A DNA stretch of 64,000 nucleotides from Eledone cirrhosa (Eukaryota), in NCBI GenBank assembly GCA_964016885.1, contig OZ024744.1:104842001-104906000 (forward strand), written 5' to 3'. A program made the translations under genes and the position numbers. Below are positions 1-12,688 of this stretch, piece by piece. Under the pieces are notes generated by a model. The model was not told the origin of the DNA, did not search any database, and worked only from the letters and a program-made list of their open reading frames with translations. Within the stretch, counting starts at the first letter, position 1. Every line of letters starts with the position of its first letter.

Positions 1-200
1 TAGGCAACACGGTAAAAACCTCCCAGCCCCACACTGTAAATGTGGTTGGTGTTAGGAAGGGCATCCAGCTGTAGAAAACCCGCCAGACAGTCCTATGCGA
101 GCAAGACAACCACTCTTGCCTCAAGTGGGAAAACTCCCGTCCAAACCCATGCAAGCGTGGAACACGGACGCTAAACCTGATGATGATGATGATGATGATG
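1..200 (+). mobile_element. SINE/RTE-type 3' tail fragment ending in (GAT)n
   Basis: ggttggtgttaggaagggcatccagctgtagaaa motif shared with 9400, 57800(-), 58350(-) and 59510; (tga)n tail at 178-200. Confidence 0.75.
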
Positions 201-261
201 ATATATATATATTACATAACATAAGTCAAAGTAAGGTTTGGGGAAAATATAGAGAGAATAT

Positions 262-490
262 TTAACCCTTTAGCATTTAAACCAGTTGTATCCAGCCAGA
301 ATTCTCTCACCTCTTTCCGTTCAAACCGTCTGTAATCAGCTGCTTATACTTATGTTAAGGTATTGTTCTCAAAATAAATAATATCAAAATCTCATAGATT
401 CAATATTATGTGAGATAATTATATGACATAAAGTATTTACCACGAAAATATAATAGTAAATATAGAGTAATGTAAATGTTAAAGGATTAA
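262..490. mobile_element. piggyBac-type MITE
   Basis: TTAA at both ends; TIRs ccctttagcattta / taaatgttaaagga; second copy at 16977-17205. Confidence 0.8.
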
Positions 491-1136
491 GAGAAACCAA
501 AAAGGATATTGGTTTTCTTATTTTGAAGGATATTTAATGATTATTTCTCAGAGTATGTGATTTTCAATTGTCAAATTTTTTAAAGTTTATCTTAGCAGTG
601 ATGTGTTATTTTATAAAACATCTTAGTGTTACTGAGTAGAACTGAATCTTAGCCACAGTACAACATTGGAGGTTTAATGTAATTCAGTTCTCATCCTGGC
701 TTTGAGATTTTTTTTTTCAATTGTCATATTCTTATTTGTTTCAAAAGGGTTTGTCCTAACTTATCTGAGTTGGGGAGGGAGGGGGTCTTGTAAGATTGAA
801 ATATTTGAAATATTTGGTTGTCAGCTGAATTGGGGGATAAGTTCTAATTAGTATTAGTTAAGAATTGCACATATTCAAGTTGGAGAGAGAATTCTTATAA
901 GGACTGCTGATTGAAGCTAAAACAAAACTAGGTCTAATTTTAGCCAGATCAAATTTCTTTATTTAGTATATTATAGTTATTGCATCATCAAACATGTCTG
1001 GTGGATTGTATGTACTATGCTGAGTGGCTCAATTTTTAGACAGAGGCATGTTTCAACAGCTTTTGGTCTGGACTACTTGAGAAAGTGTAATGTTTTCACA
1101 GTTGATGTATTTCAACATCAAACAATCTTAAATATG

Positions 1137-2407
1137 GTGATGGGGGGGGGGGAAGTGATGAGAGTGGTGTGGTGGTGGTGGTGGTGGTGGTGGTGGTGGT
1201 GGTGGTGAGAGTGGTGTGGTGGTGGTGGAAGTGATGAGAGTGGTGTGGTGGTGGTGGAAGTGATGAGAGTGGTGTGGTGGTGGTGGTGGTGGTGGTGGAA
1301 GTGATGAGAGTGGTGTGGTGATGGTGGTGGTGGTGGTGGTGAGAGTGGTGTGGTGGTGGTGGTGGAAGTGATGAGAGTGGTGTGGTAGTGGTGGTGGTGG
1401 TGAGAGTGGTGTGGTGATGGTGGTGGTGGAAGTGATAAGAGTGGTGTGGTGGTGGTGGTGGAAGTGATAAGAGTGGTGTGGTGGTGGTGGTGGAAGTGAT
1501 AAGAGTGGTGTGGTGATGGTGGTGGTGAGAGTGGTGTGGTGGTGTGGTGGTGGTGGTGGAAGTGATGAGAGTGGTGTGGTGATGGTGGTGGTGGTGGAAG
1601 TGATGAGAGTGGTGTGGTGGTGGTGGTGATGGAGGTGATGAGAGTGGTGTGGTGGTGGTGAGAGTGGTGTGGTTGTGGTGGTGATGAGAGTGGTGTGGTG
1701 GTGGTGGAAGTGATGAGAGTGGTGTGGTGGTGGTGGTGGTGGTGAGAGTGTGGTGGTGGTGGTGATGAGAGTGGTGGTGGAAGTGATGAGAGTGGTGTGG
1801 TGGTGGTGGTGGTGGTGGTGAGAGTGTGGTGGTGGTGGTGATGAGAGTGGTGGTGGAAGTGATGAGAGTGGTGTGGTGGTGGTGGTGATGGTGAGAGTGG
1901 TGTGGTGGTGGTGGTGGTGGTGATGAGAGTGGTGTGGTGGTGGTGGAAGTGATGAGAGTGGCGTTGTGGTGGTGGTGGTGGAGGTGATGAGAGTGGTGTG
2001 GTGATGGTGGTGGTGGAAGTGATGAGAGGTGTGGTGGTGGTGGTGGTGATGGAGGTGATGAGAGTGGTGTGGTGATGGTGGTGGTGGTGGAAGTGATGAG
2101 AGTGGTGTGGTGGTGGTGGTGGTGGTGGAAGTGATGAGAGTGGTGATGGTGGTGGTGGTGGAAGTGATGAGAGTGGTGTGGTGATGGTGGTGGTGGTGGA
2201 AGTGATGAGAGTGGTGTAGTGGTGAGAGTGGTGGTGTTGGTGGTGGTGGAAGTGATGAGAGTGGCGTTGTGGTGTGATGATGATGATGATGGTGGTAGTG
2301 GTGACAGCAGTGTGGTGATGAGAGTGGTGATGGTGGTAGTGGTGTGATGACAGTGGTATGGTGATGGTGGTGGTGGTGGTGGTGGTTATGGCAGTGGTGA
2401 TGATGAT
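1137..2407. repeat. G-rich compound minisatellite, (GGT)n interspersed with ggaagtgatgagagtggtgt
   Basis: Read directly from the sequence; explains the His/Thr/Pro ORF 1128..2438. Confidence 0.95.
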
Positions 2408-2520
2408 ATAGCCGAACTACAACAAATTTATCCATCATTTGATTTCAAAGTTCTAGCCTAAATTAGACAAAACAACAACAAGCATTCTAAAGTCATTTTA
2501 AAGCCCTGCTAAAACAAGGG

Positions 2521-2840
2521 TTAGCCTTTCAGGGCCCTTGAGAAGTTTCTCCATTTTTCCCTACCATTTACATCCCTCTTCATGTATACTCTGGCTTTCA
2601 TTTCCTCTTCTGTCATCTTTAGCCAAGTCTTTCCTCTACTTCCTTCCACATTCATTCCCATCACTTCTTTCACCCAGTCACTTCCATCTTTCCTCAACAC
2701 ATGACCCAACCATCTCATTCTATTTCTCTTCACATCACTGGTTCTATTCCCATCACATCTCTCACCCAGTCGCTTCCATCGTTCCTCCACACATGACCCA
2801 GTCATCTCATTCTATTTCTCTTCACATCACTGGTTCTATT
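2521..2840 (-). mobile_element. RTE LINE 3' fragment with an internal ~92-bp duplication
   Basis: Translation RMRWLGHVLRKDGSDWVKEVM...SRGKTW is typical of the RTE C-terminus. Confidence 0.8.
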
Positions 2841-5341
2841 CCCATCACATCTCTCATCACATCTCCCATCACATCTCTCATCACATCTCCCATCACATCT
2901 CTCATCACATCTCCCATCACATCTCCCATCACATCTCCCATCACATCTCTCATCACATCTCTCATCACATCTCCCATCACATCTCTCATCACATCTCCCA
3001 TCACATCTCCCATCACATCTCTCATCACATCTCCCATCACATCTCCCATCACATCTCCCATCACATCTCCCATCACATCTCCCATCACATCTCTCATCAC
3101 ATCTCTCATCACATCTCCCATCACATCTCCCATCACATCTCTCATCACATCTCCCATCACATCTCCCATCACATCTCTCATCACATCTCCCATCACATCT
3201 CTCATCACATCTCCCATCACATCTCCCATCACATCTCTCATCACATCTCCCATCACATCTCCCATCACATCTCCCATCACATCTCCCATCACATCTCCCA
3301 TCACATCTCTCATCACATCTCTCATCACATCTCCCATCACATCTCTCATCACATCTCCCATCACATCTCTCTTCACATCTCCCATCACATCTCTCATCAC
3401 ATCTCCCATCACATCTCTCATCACATCTCCCATCACATCTCTCATCACATCTCCCATCACATCTCTCATCACATCTCTCATCACATCTCCCATCACATCT
3501 CTCATCACATCTCTCATCACATCTCCCATCACATCTCCCATCACATCTCTCATCACATCTCCCATCACATCTCTCATCACATCTCCCATCACATCTCTCA
3601 TCACATCGCTCATCACATCTCCCATCACATCTCTCATCACATCTCCCATCACATCTCTCATCACATCTCTCATCACATCTCCCATCACATCTCTCATCAC
3701 ATCTCCCATCACATCTCCCATCACATCTCTCATCACATCTCCCATCACATCTCCCATCACATCTCTCATCACATCTCTCATCACATCTCCCATCACATCT
3801 CCCATCACATCTCCCACCACATCTCTCATCACATCTCCCATCACATCTCCCATCACATCTCTCATCACATCTCCCATCACATCTCTCATCACATCTACCA
3901 TCACATCTCCCATCACATCTCTCATCACATCTCCCATCACATCTCTCATCACATCTCCCATCACATCTCTCATCACATCTCCCATCACATCTCTCTTCAC
4001 ATCTCCCACCACATCTCCCATCACATCTCCCATCACATCTCTCTTCACATCTCCCATCACATCTCTCATCACATCTCCCATCACATCTCCCATCACATCT
4101 CTCATCACATCTCCCATCACATCTCCCATCACATCTCTCATCACATCTCCCATCACATCTCCCATCACATCTCTCATCACATCTCCCATCACATCTCTCA
4201 TCACATCTCTCATCACATCTCTCATCACATCTCCCATCACATCTCCCATCACATCTCTCATCACATCTCTCATCACATCTCCCATCACATCTCCCATCAC
4301 ATCTCCCATCACATCTCTCATCACATCTCCCATCACATCTCCCATCACATCTCCCATCACATCTCTCATCACATCTCCCATCACATCTCCCATCACATCT
4401 CTCTTCACATCTCCCATCACATCTCCCATCACATCTCTCATCACATCTCTCATCACATCTCCCATCACATCTCTCATCACATCTCCCATCACATCTCTCA
4501 TCACATCTCCCATCACATCTCTCATCACATCTCCCATCACATCTCCCATCACATCTCTCATCACATCTCCCATCACATCTCCCATCACATCTCTCATCAC
4601 ATCTCCCATCACATCTCCCATCACATCTCCCATCACATCTCTCATCACATCTCCCATCACATCTCCCATCACATCTCTCATCACATCTCCCATCACATCT
4701 CCCATCACATCTCCCATCACATCTCTCATCACATCTCCCATCACATCTCTCATCACATCTCCCATCACATCTCTCTTCACATCTCCCATCACATCTCTCA
4801 TCACATCTCCCATCACATCTCTCATCACATCTCCCATCACATCTCCCATCACATCTCTCATCACATCTCCCATCACATCTCCCATCACATCTCCCATCAC
4901 ATCTCTCATCACATCTCCCATCACATCTCTCTTCACATCTCCCATCACATCTCCCATCACATCTCTCATCACATCTCTCATCACATCTCCCATCACATCT
5001 CCCATCACATCTCTCATCACATCTCCCATCACATCTCTCATCACATCTCCCATCACATCTCTCATCACATCTCTCATCACATCTCCCATCACATCTCCCA
5101 TCACATCTCTCATCACATCTCCCATCACATCTCCCATCACATCTCTCATCACATCTCTCATCACATCTCCCATCACATCTCCCATCACATCTCTCATCAC
5201 ATCTCCCATCACATCTCCCATCACATCTCCCATCACATCTCCCATCACATCTCTCATCACATCTCTCATCACATCTCCCATCACATCTCCCATCACATCT
5301 CCCATCACATCTCTCATCACATCTCCCATCACATCTCTCAT
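2841..5341. repeat. 12-bp tandem satellite (C[C/T]CATCACATCT), about 208 units
   Basis: Read directly; two main variants (cccatcacatct, ctcatcacatct) plus rare ctcttc and cccacc variants. Confidence 0.98.
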
Positions 5342-5539
5342 CCAGGCGGCAATGGCGTGTGAGAAATTAGTGGTCAGACTGGATTTTCGTGAAGGGAGAT
5401 TTGACAGCGTTAGTGAAACCTCCTCTCTTGTCTGTATTATCACTTTTCTGCTGGGCATAAAAAAGTGTTGTATTTATAACCTCGTTGAAGTTAGAAGGAT
5501 GGATATATGATCTGACTTGTGGTTAGTATCTCCAAAGGG

Positions 5540-5685
5540 GTTGAGGTCACAGGTCAAATGGAATGTCATCCATCATCGTTGACAGGACAAAGGCGAAAAC
5601 TTTCAACTACGGCTTGTCCCAGAGGCGGGAAAGCTCAGATTCGGTTTCGAATCTTCGCCAGTAAAATGTAGGAGTATTCCATTAT
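5540..5685 (-). repeat. Interspersed repeat homologous to 11110-11261, possibly a Penelope terminal region
   Basis: Shared ggtcacaggtcaa...ctcagattcggtttcgaatcttc...taggagtattccatt. Confidence 0.55.
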
Positions 5686-5722
5686 ACATTCAATTGATTA
5701 ATGTGTGATTGTTTTATTGCAG

Positions 5723-5921
5723 AATTGAGAAAACTCGAGTTGTAATTCCATTAGTGGAGGCAGCAATTATGAAGAAAAACGCAAATCAGCAGTTGAAAGC
5801 TGATAAAATCTACGATCTTCTCTTTACCAGAAATAATCTCAAGATGGTATATCCAGACTGTCATTGCAAAAGACCTCGTAAAAGAACTCTTCAATGGAAA
5901 GATTTTATAATAAACAAATAA
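5723..5921 (+). CDS. Possible terminal exon of an unidentified host gene
   Basis: ttttattgcag acceptor followed by a non-repetitive 65-codon frame (IEKTRVVIPLVEAAIM...FIINK*); no homology recognised. Confidence 0.25.
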
Positions 5922-6059
5922 TGATCTTAGGATCATCATCATCATCATCATCATCACCATCATCATCATTTATAATTTTCACATCAACTTTTCCATGCTG
6001 GCAGGCTTGCTCAGGACATTTCGGGGGCAATGCTTTACAGCCTTATGCTTTTCCTGACA

Positions 6060-6775
6060 TGTACTTATTCTAAATGAGATACATGCAAAGTACATCTGTA
6101 AAATTGTCAAGAAGACCAAGGGTGTCTTGGCATCACTCAGCAAGACCTTTGTCAGCCGCTCTCCAGCTATCTATTTAAAGCTGTATATAGTTATGGTGCG
6201 GCCACACTTAGAATTTGTATCACCAGTCTGGAACCCCTATCTGGCTTAGAACATTGACCCCCTGGAAACTATTCAGAAACGTGCAACCAAGCGAATACCC
6301 TCCATCAGGCATCTACCATACTCTGAATGCCTTACTTCCCTGGGCATGGATACATTGAAGCTCCAATGCCTGGCAACTGACTTGGTAAACACCAACAAAG
6401 TTATTAACCATCTTGCCAACAACAACCCTGAGCACCTTTTTGAATTCCATGTGTCTAACACACGTGGACATGCCTACAAAGTCAGAAAGTAGCACAGCTC
6501 CTATGACTTTCGGAAACATTTTTTCACGTTCAGAGTTGCTGATAAAATCTATGATCTAACATCAGTTGTTAGCTGCCGAGACACTGCATCCTTTAAAACC
6601 TCCATGCTTCCTGAAATTCACCAACACTACACCTGATATCCCCCCCTCCATACACATGCACACATGTATATCATGACTCGTTCACTTTCCTGACATTTGT
6701 ACATTATTCTATGTACTATACATGCACCTTTGATGAGTTGTAGTGCACCTGAGCACTGTACACAATAATTTCATT
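6060..6775 (+). mobile_element. CR1-type LINE 3' fragment (decayed)
   Basis: LYIVMVRPHLEFVSPVWNP...IQKRATKRIP; 3' tail gatgagttgtagtgcacctgagcactgtacacaataatttcatt, also found at 43040-43300(-). Confidence 0.85.
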
Positions 6776-6960
6776 GGATTGGCAGTATCAGTAGAGGGTC
6801 GGACGCCAAGCTTTGATGCATAGAGTTACTGCCCTTATCATACTGAGTTCAAATCCCACCGAGGTTAACTTTGCCTTTCATCCTTACGGGGTCGATAAAA
6901 TAAAGTACCAGTAATGCACTGGGATTATTGCTGGCCTTGTGCCAAAAGTAGAAACAATTA
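6775..6960 (+). mobile_element. tRNA-derived SINE with Deu/Nin domain
   Basis: A-box-like tggcagtatcagtag, B-box gagttcaaatcc, gcctttcatccttacggggtcgataaaataaagtacc core. Confidence 0.9.
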
Positions 6961-6980
6961 TATCAAGAACCATAATATTA

Positions 6981-6982
<2 letters not shown>

Positions 6983-7055
<73 letters not shown>
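6983..7055. repeat. (CT)n microsatellite
   Basis: Read directly. Confidence 0.95.
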
Positions 7056-7354
7056 CTGGAATCTACCCATGTGCTCCTAAACAAGGCTCAACCTTTACAA
7101 ATGAACCATCTCAATGATTGGATGAACAACAATAAAAAACATACATTTTTTCATAATTAATTTACATTGGCAAATTAACTGAGATTGAAAAACTTGAATT
7201 TTTAATCAAATATTTAATGGAATTTGATATTTTCTAAAACATTTTACATCAAATAAAGAAATTCTAAATTTTATAATATTATCATGAAAATAAAATAAGA
7301 TAAAAGATTATTATTGATGTTTTTGGTGTTACTGATGTCGTTGTTGTCGTTAGA

Positions 7355-7545
7355 ATGTCAGTTTAGCAGTATTGGTTCCAGACCTTCGCGTTCAATGTTC
7401 AAATCCCCTCAAGATCAACTTTATTTTTCATTCTTTGAGGGCCAATAAAATAAATTACCAGTCACATACTAGGGTTGATGTATCTGACTTTCCCTCTCCA
7501 CAAATTCTTAGCCTTGTGCCTAAATTAGAGAGCATTATTTTTTTT
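7355..7545 (+). mobile_element. Degenerate Deu/Nin SINE
   Basis: gttcaaatccc...aataaaataaattaccag...gccttgtgcctaaattaga. Confidence 0.65.
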
Positions 7546-7589
7546 CAAGAAATTAGTTTTGAATATTTAGGAAAATAACGTTGGTAAAA

Positions 7590-7966
7590 TAATAAAACTA
7601 ATGGATCAAGTTGAAAGTGACAGAAAGAGTTATAGCACAACTAATTAGGGAAAGAGTCAAATTAGATGAGATGAAGTTTGTTTTCATACCTGGGAAAAGT
7701 ACTACAGATGCCCTCTTCTTAGTGAGACAACTACAGGAGAAGTTCCTAGCTAAAAAAAGCCACTATATTTAGTTTACCTCAATCTATTATCTGGTGGTCC
7801 TTAAGGAAATTAGGTGTAGAAGAATGGCTTGTGATAGCAGTGCAAGTCATGTACAGAGGAACTGTCAGTAAAGTAAGAGAAGGAAGTGAATTTAGTGAGG
7901 AATTCAAGGTACAAGTAGGAGTGCATCAAGGTTCAGTTCTTAACCCACAGTTGTTCATAATTTTGA
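7590..7966 (+). mobile_element. RTE LINE RT fragment
   Basis: GKSTTDALFLVRQLQEK and VGVHQGSVL motifs. Confidence 0.85.
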
Positions 7967-7984
7967 TGGAGCTATACAAGGAGG

Positions 7985-8560
7985 ACATATAAATTTTCTC
8001 ACTGGAAAAAGTAGTAAAGTGTTATCTATTTGTTGGAACTCAAAGAAAATACATTGTGTTGTATGAAACTCTGGCAATAGTTGATGGAATTGACATGGGT
8101 GTTTTTCTATCAACATTATTTGGGGAATTAAATGGACAACAAAATCCAGCAGTTTTGTGCATCACAGACTGTCACACCATGTATGATGCAGTACACTTTA
8201 ATAAACCAGTGACTGGAGATCAGTGGAATCAAGGAAATGGCAGAGAATGGACCTGTACAGTGGATAAACACAGACCTAGTTAGTAGACTGTTTGATAAAA
8301 AAAATGGGGTTTCACCAATGAGACTATTGAAAGTTCTTGAACAAGGGATCTTAGAGAGTTTAAAGAACTGTTTTAAAGTTTTTTTTTTATTTTAGAAGGG
8401 GAGATTGTTAACATGGTATCATGTGTCAGTTGGACTTGTACATTACAATGTTTTGAAGGAAGTGGTAACTGGACATTACTATAGCTGCACATGTACAGTT
8501 TATAGAGGAAGTGGATTATCAGATGTTTTGACTGTTGCTGATATAAAAGTTGGATTATAC
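7985..8560 (+). mobile_element. Ty1/Copia remnant: RNase H C-terminus, PPT and start of 3' LTR
   Basis: ETLAIVDGID...CITDCHTMYDAVH...QW...LVDCL resembles GalEa-like Copia RNase H; agaaggggaga PPT followed by TGTT at ~8406. Confidence 0.6.
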
Positions 8561-8569
8561 ATAGGAGAA

Positions 8570-9010
8570 AGGTATCGTGTGGTAATCTTTTCATGGTTCC
8601 AAGAGTGAAACTGGGATGGAAAAAGTTCAGGGAACTGGTAGCTATAAAAGGTTTTCCCCTCAAAATAAAAAGCAGACAACATGAACAGCTTTGTTGCATG
8701 GTAGTGAGGCCTGGACACTTGTGTGCAGAGGATCTATAAAGATTGGAAAGAAATGAAGCTCGCATGTCCCAATGGGAGTCTAATAGTTGTTTGCATGAAC
8801 AGCAAAGTATCAACGAACTGAGAGAGAATCTGAGCATAAGAGGGATCAGATGCAGTGTATGGGATGGTTTGGATATATGATATATAAGGAGGATGACAGC
8901 TGTATAAAAAGGTGCAGGGTAATTAAAGTCGAAAAAAACTATGGAATTAAACCTATTAAAGGAGATGACACAGGATCAAGATCTCTGGTATCATGCTGTA
9001 ATGTAGGACA
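8570..9010 (+). mobile_element. RTE LINE 3' fragment
   Basis: GWKKFREL, HGSEAW, RLERNEARM, WFGYM. Confidence 0.8.
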
Positions 9011-9604
9011 CCTACTTTCCTATGTACACAAAATGAAGTGAAACAAACGTAGAGGACTCACTAGTCTGCACTAATCTTATCTTCACCCCTCCCCAGTCTT
9101 AATACCCTGCCTTCACCTGCTAAATATCCCACGCACTTCATCTATGTCAAACTTACTTTCTTGTCCTCCTCCTCCCAACCCTCACCTCTGATACACCTCA
9201 CCTGCCCAACCCACACATACAAACATGAAAGCTGGACATACTCTATATCTGATCTCCCACAATGTCATTGCTATGACAAAAGCACTAAGTTCACCCTGTA
9301 AGGTGGTCGTGTTGGTGACATAACAAAAAGCATGCAGACCTCTGTTAAGTGATAATTTCAGTGCCACAATGAAAAGCAACCTGTCCAAACTGTAAAGAGG
9401 TTGGCATTAGGAAGAGCATCCAGCTATAGAAACCAATCCCAAATACAGATCTGTATGAGCAACACATGGTCTCCATACTTGACTTCTCTCATCACACAAG
9501 TGTAGAAAATTTCTAATTGATGCTGGGCCAGCAACTTCTCTGTAAGCAAATGAGTTTCAACAGTTCATAAACATAATTGGAATTCAATAAGAATCCAGTT
9601 TTGA

Positions 9605-9702
9605 TAGCTTCAGCAAAAGTGGAAGGATATATAGTGTTGATAACCACTAAGAAGTGAGAAATAGTGGCCATCGATTATTTTGCCGTGTTTTTGCTGAAGC
9701 TA
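9605..9702. mobile_element. ~98-bp MITE-like element
   Basis: Perfect 14-bp terminal inverted repeat tagcttcagcaaaa / ttttgctgaagcta. Confidence 0.55.
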
Positions 9703-9774
9703 GGTATGTGAGGTTAGTCACTACCTGAAAAATTATAGCAAACATTCAAAATGTTTTTAGATAAACATACAGTA

Positions 9775-10545
9775 TAGATGAAATGCAGTTTTGGGTTTGT
9801 GTCAGGAAAAAGTACCACAGACGCTCTTTTCCTTGTTCGACAACTACAGGAGAAGCACCTAGCTAAAAGTAAACCCCTATACTTAGCTTTTGTTGACCTG
9901 GAGAAAGCCTTTGACAGAGTCCCCCGCTCCATTATCTGGTCGGCTCTTAAAAAACTAGGTGTTGATGAATGGCTCGTGAGAGCTATACACGCCATTTATA
10001 AAGAAACAGTCAGCAAGGTTAGAATTAACAACGAATATAGTGAAGAATTTAGTGTAAAATTTGGTGTTCATCAGGGCTCTGTTCTTAGCCCCCTCCTATT
10101 TATTATTGCCCTTCAGGCTATAACAGGAGTTCAAGACCAGCTGCCCATGGGAACTTCTATATGCAGATGATCTAACGCTCATAGCTGAATCAATGGCTGA
10201 ACTAGAGAAGAAATTCCAAACATGGAAGCATGGCCTAGAATCAGAAGGCCTTAAAATTAAATTGTCTAAGACTAAAGTTCTAGATTGTAGGAAGGAAAAT
10301 AGGGCACTGGTCCCATCTGGGAAATGGCCATGCTCAGTGTGTAGGAAAGGAGTAGCAGAAATTCCATTTTATGTCCCAAATACAAAGTATGGGTGCATAA
10401 AAGATGTAGTGGGATCACAGGTAAGCTAACTAAGAACATAGATTTTATATGTGGCCGGTGCTCAGGTGCAATAAGTAGTAGCAAGTGCCCACAGGATACT
10501 AGCTCCTCCCATTGCCCAGATGGTTCTATAGAAATAGTAGACATT
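9775..10545 (+). mobile_element. RTE LINE RT fragment with Cys/His (PHD-like) insert
   Basis: FVDLEKAFDRVP, GVHQGSVLSP, YADD region, GKWPCSVC...HKRCSGI...CGRC; frameshifted. Confidence 0.9.
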
Positions 10546-12040
10546 GTGTTCATTAGACGCTCGCCAATAAAATATGGCAGCTCAAAGATACAAACCAGGA
10601 ATACAGAATTAGCTGGGTGAAGTTATCAATGACAATGGCCTATAGAATTGGGAGGTCCCATTGTAGACTTTGCAATATGGAATTATTCCATATTTTAAAA
10701 TATAACAAAATGCTGCTTAACCGCAAAATTGTCCTTTTCTCTTCTTTCTTTTTTCTCTATATCTTTTTCTTTTTTCTTTTTTCTTTTTTCTTTTTTCTTT
10801 TTTCTTTTTTCTTTTTTCTCTCTCTTTCTTTATTAATGATGTTGTAATTGGAATTCGTAAACGCTGAGTATGTTTTTAACAGTCCTTTCCGATGGTCTGG
10901 TTACGCTAACATCGTATTTAAAATTGAGTGGCACAGCTTCTAGTGTTCAGCAATTTTTAGACAACTTAATCAGTGAAACAATTGTTAATACTGTAAATAA
11001 AACCCTTTTTTGTACTGTTGACCATGTTATTCTTCACTCTTTCAATATTATTATTCCAAGATAAACGTTGATTTATGATTAGCCATCCGTGTTTCCTCTG
11101 TCTACAAGCTGGGGTCACAGGTCAAGTGGTATGTTTGTTTATCATACTTGTATCTTGACAGGACAATCGTGGGAAACTCCCAACAATAGGCGGTTCTAGA
11201 GGCGAGAAACCTCAGATTCGGTTTCGAATCTTCATCGGTAAAACATAGGAGTATTCCATTAGTTATATTGGTGCTACTTCTTCTAAATTTAAAGAAGGGT
11301 GGTATAACAATCGCCACTCATTTAAAAGAAAAGATAAAAGATTTAGCACGGCCCTCTCTGAATTGATTTGGTCACTTAAAAATAATAATATTGAACTTGG
11401 TAGAAACTTTCTCTTCCTTTGCCTTATGAAAATGCATCTATATCTAAGGGATGTGACCTCTGTACCACAGAGATTCTCCACATCATTCATAATAGGCAAT
11501 TAATTATAAATAAACACTTGGAAATCTTTAGTTCTTGTCTTCATAAGTTTAGCAAAATGTTTAATAGGGTATTTAGTTAAATTTTAAATAAAATTTAATA
11601 GACTTTTAAATAAGTAATATAAAATTTCTTTATATAAAGTTTTTAGCTATTTTATTTTTAAATTGTTAATAAAGCTAAATAGAACAAATAAGTATTATAA
11701 TATTTTTTCATCATAACTTTTACATCTATTTAACTTTAGTATTAGTATATAAGTGAATTCATTTTAATATAAATTTACATTTTAGACTATAATACGTGCA
11801 TTTTTCCTTTTAACTAATTAGGCTACAACAAATACATCTTTTCCTTTGAACCAACTGATTAATCCCATATAATGATAACTTAGCCAGTTATAAATTAGCA
11901 AAGCCAATTGTTAAATATTTTTTCTCCACTCTCATAATATTTACTAAATTAAATTGTATACATAAACTAACATAAATTGTCTTGAAATTAGTAATTTATA
12001 AATTTTTCTCTATTATATAGTTACATTATTACTTTAGCAC

Positions 12041-12337
12041 CGGTGGATTGGCAGTATCGGTAGAGAGTCGGACACCATGCTTTCCAGCATAGTTACGATC
12101 TGAGTTCAAATCCCGCCGAGGTTGACTTTGCCTTTCATCCTTACAGGGTCGATAAAATAAAGTACCAGTAATGTACTGGTTAATTGCTGGCCTTGTGCCA
12201 AAAGTAGAAACAATTATTACTTTAGCACCAAATCTCGTCGAGGTTAACTTTGCCTTTCATCCTTACGGGATCAATAAAATAAAGTACCAGTAATGTAATG
12301 GGGTAATTGCTGGCCTTGTGTCAAAAGTAGAAACAAT
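12041..12337 (+). mobile_element. Two tandem Deu/Nin SINEs (one full, one 5'-truncated)
   Basis: SINE consensus twice; 15-bp target attattactttagca at 12025, 12213 and 12336. Confidence 0.9.
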
Positions 12338-12625
12338 TATTACTTTAGCATCTTTGAATATATAGTTTAGTATAGTATCTAATTTAATCTAACATAAGTT
12401 ATAAATAAATAGACTAACGGTCAATATTGGTTTTTGTTTTGATTTACCAATCGGGTAACGTCATACTCTTGCCAGTTCAAATACGTCAATAACAGCTGTA
12501 ATATTTCTCCCACTCATAAATCTTCTGTGTTGAGGTGGTTTTTCTATCTCATACGTTTGCTGGCCACGGATCTGAACAGCTCGTCTATCTGCCTGCATAT
12601 CAAATGATTCCTACGTCTCCTGTGG

Positions 12626-12688
12626 ATTTTATCTGAAGAGAACATGTTATACATAAGACTTGCATCTTCGAAATACGTATAATAAAAT
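12626..12688 (+). ncRNA. Type I hammerhead ribozyme (canonical core)
   Basis: Stem I attttat/ataaaat; core CTGAAGA; stem II gaacatg/catcttc (1 mismatch); GAAA; palindromic stem III atacgtat; cleavage triplet ATA. Confidence 0.8.

Noticed and set aside
1128-2438. 436-aa His/Thr/Pro-rich ORF
   Set aside because: Translation of a (ACC)n-based minisatellite.
2841-5341. CRISPR-like or encoded binary array
   Set aside because: No unique spacers, eukaryotic context, and no periodicity that I could detect in the variant order.
2538-5510. 990-aa and 878-aa ORFs as mucin-like or repeat proteins
   Set aside because: They are a by-product of a stop-free 12-bp satellite, and the N-terminus is antisense RTE sequence.
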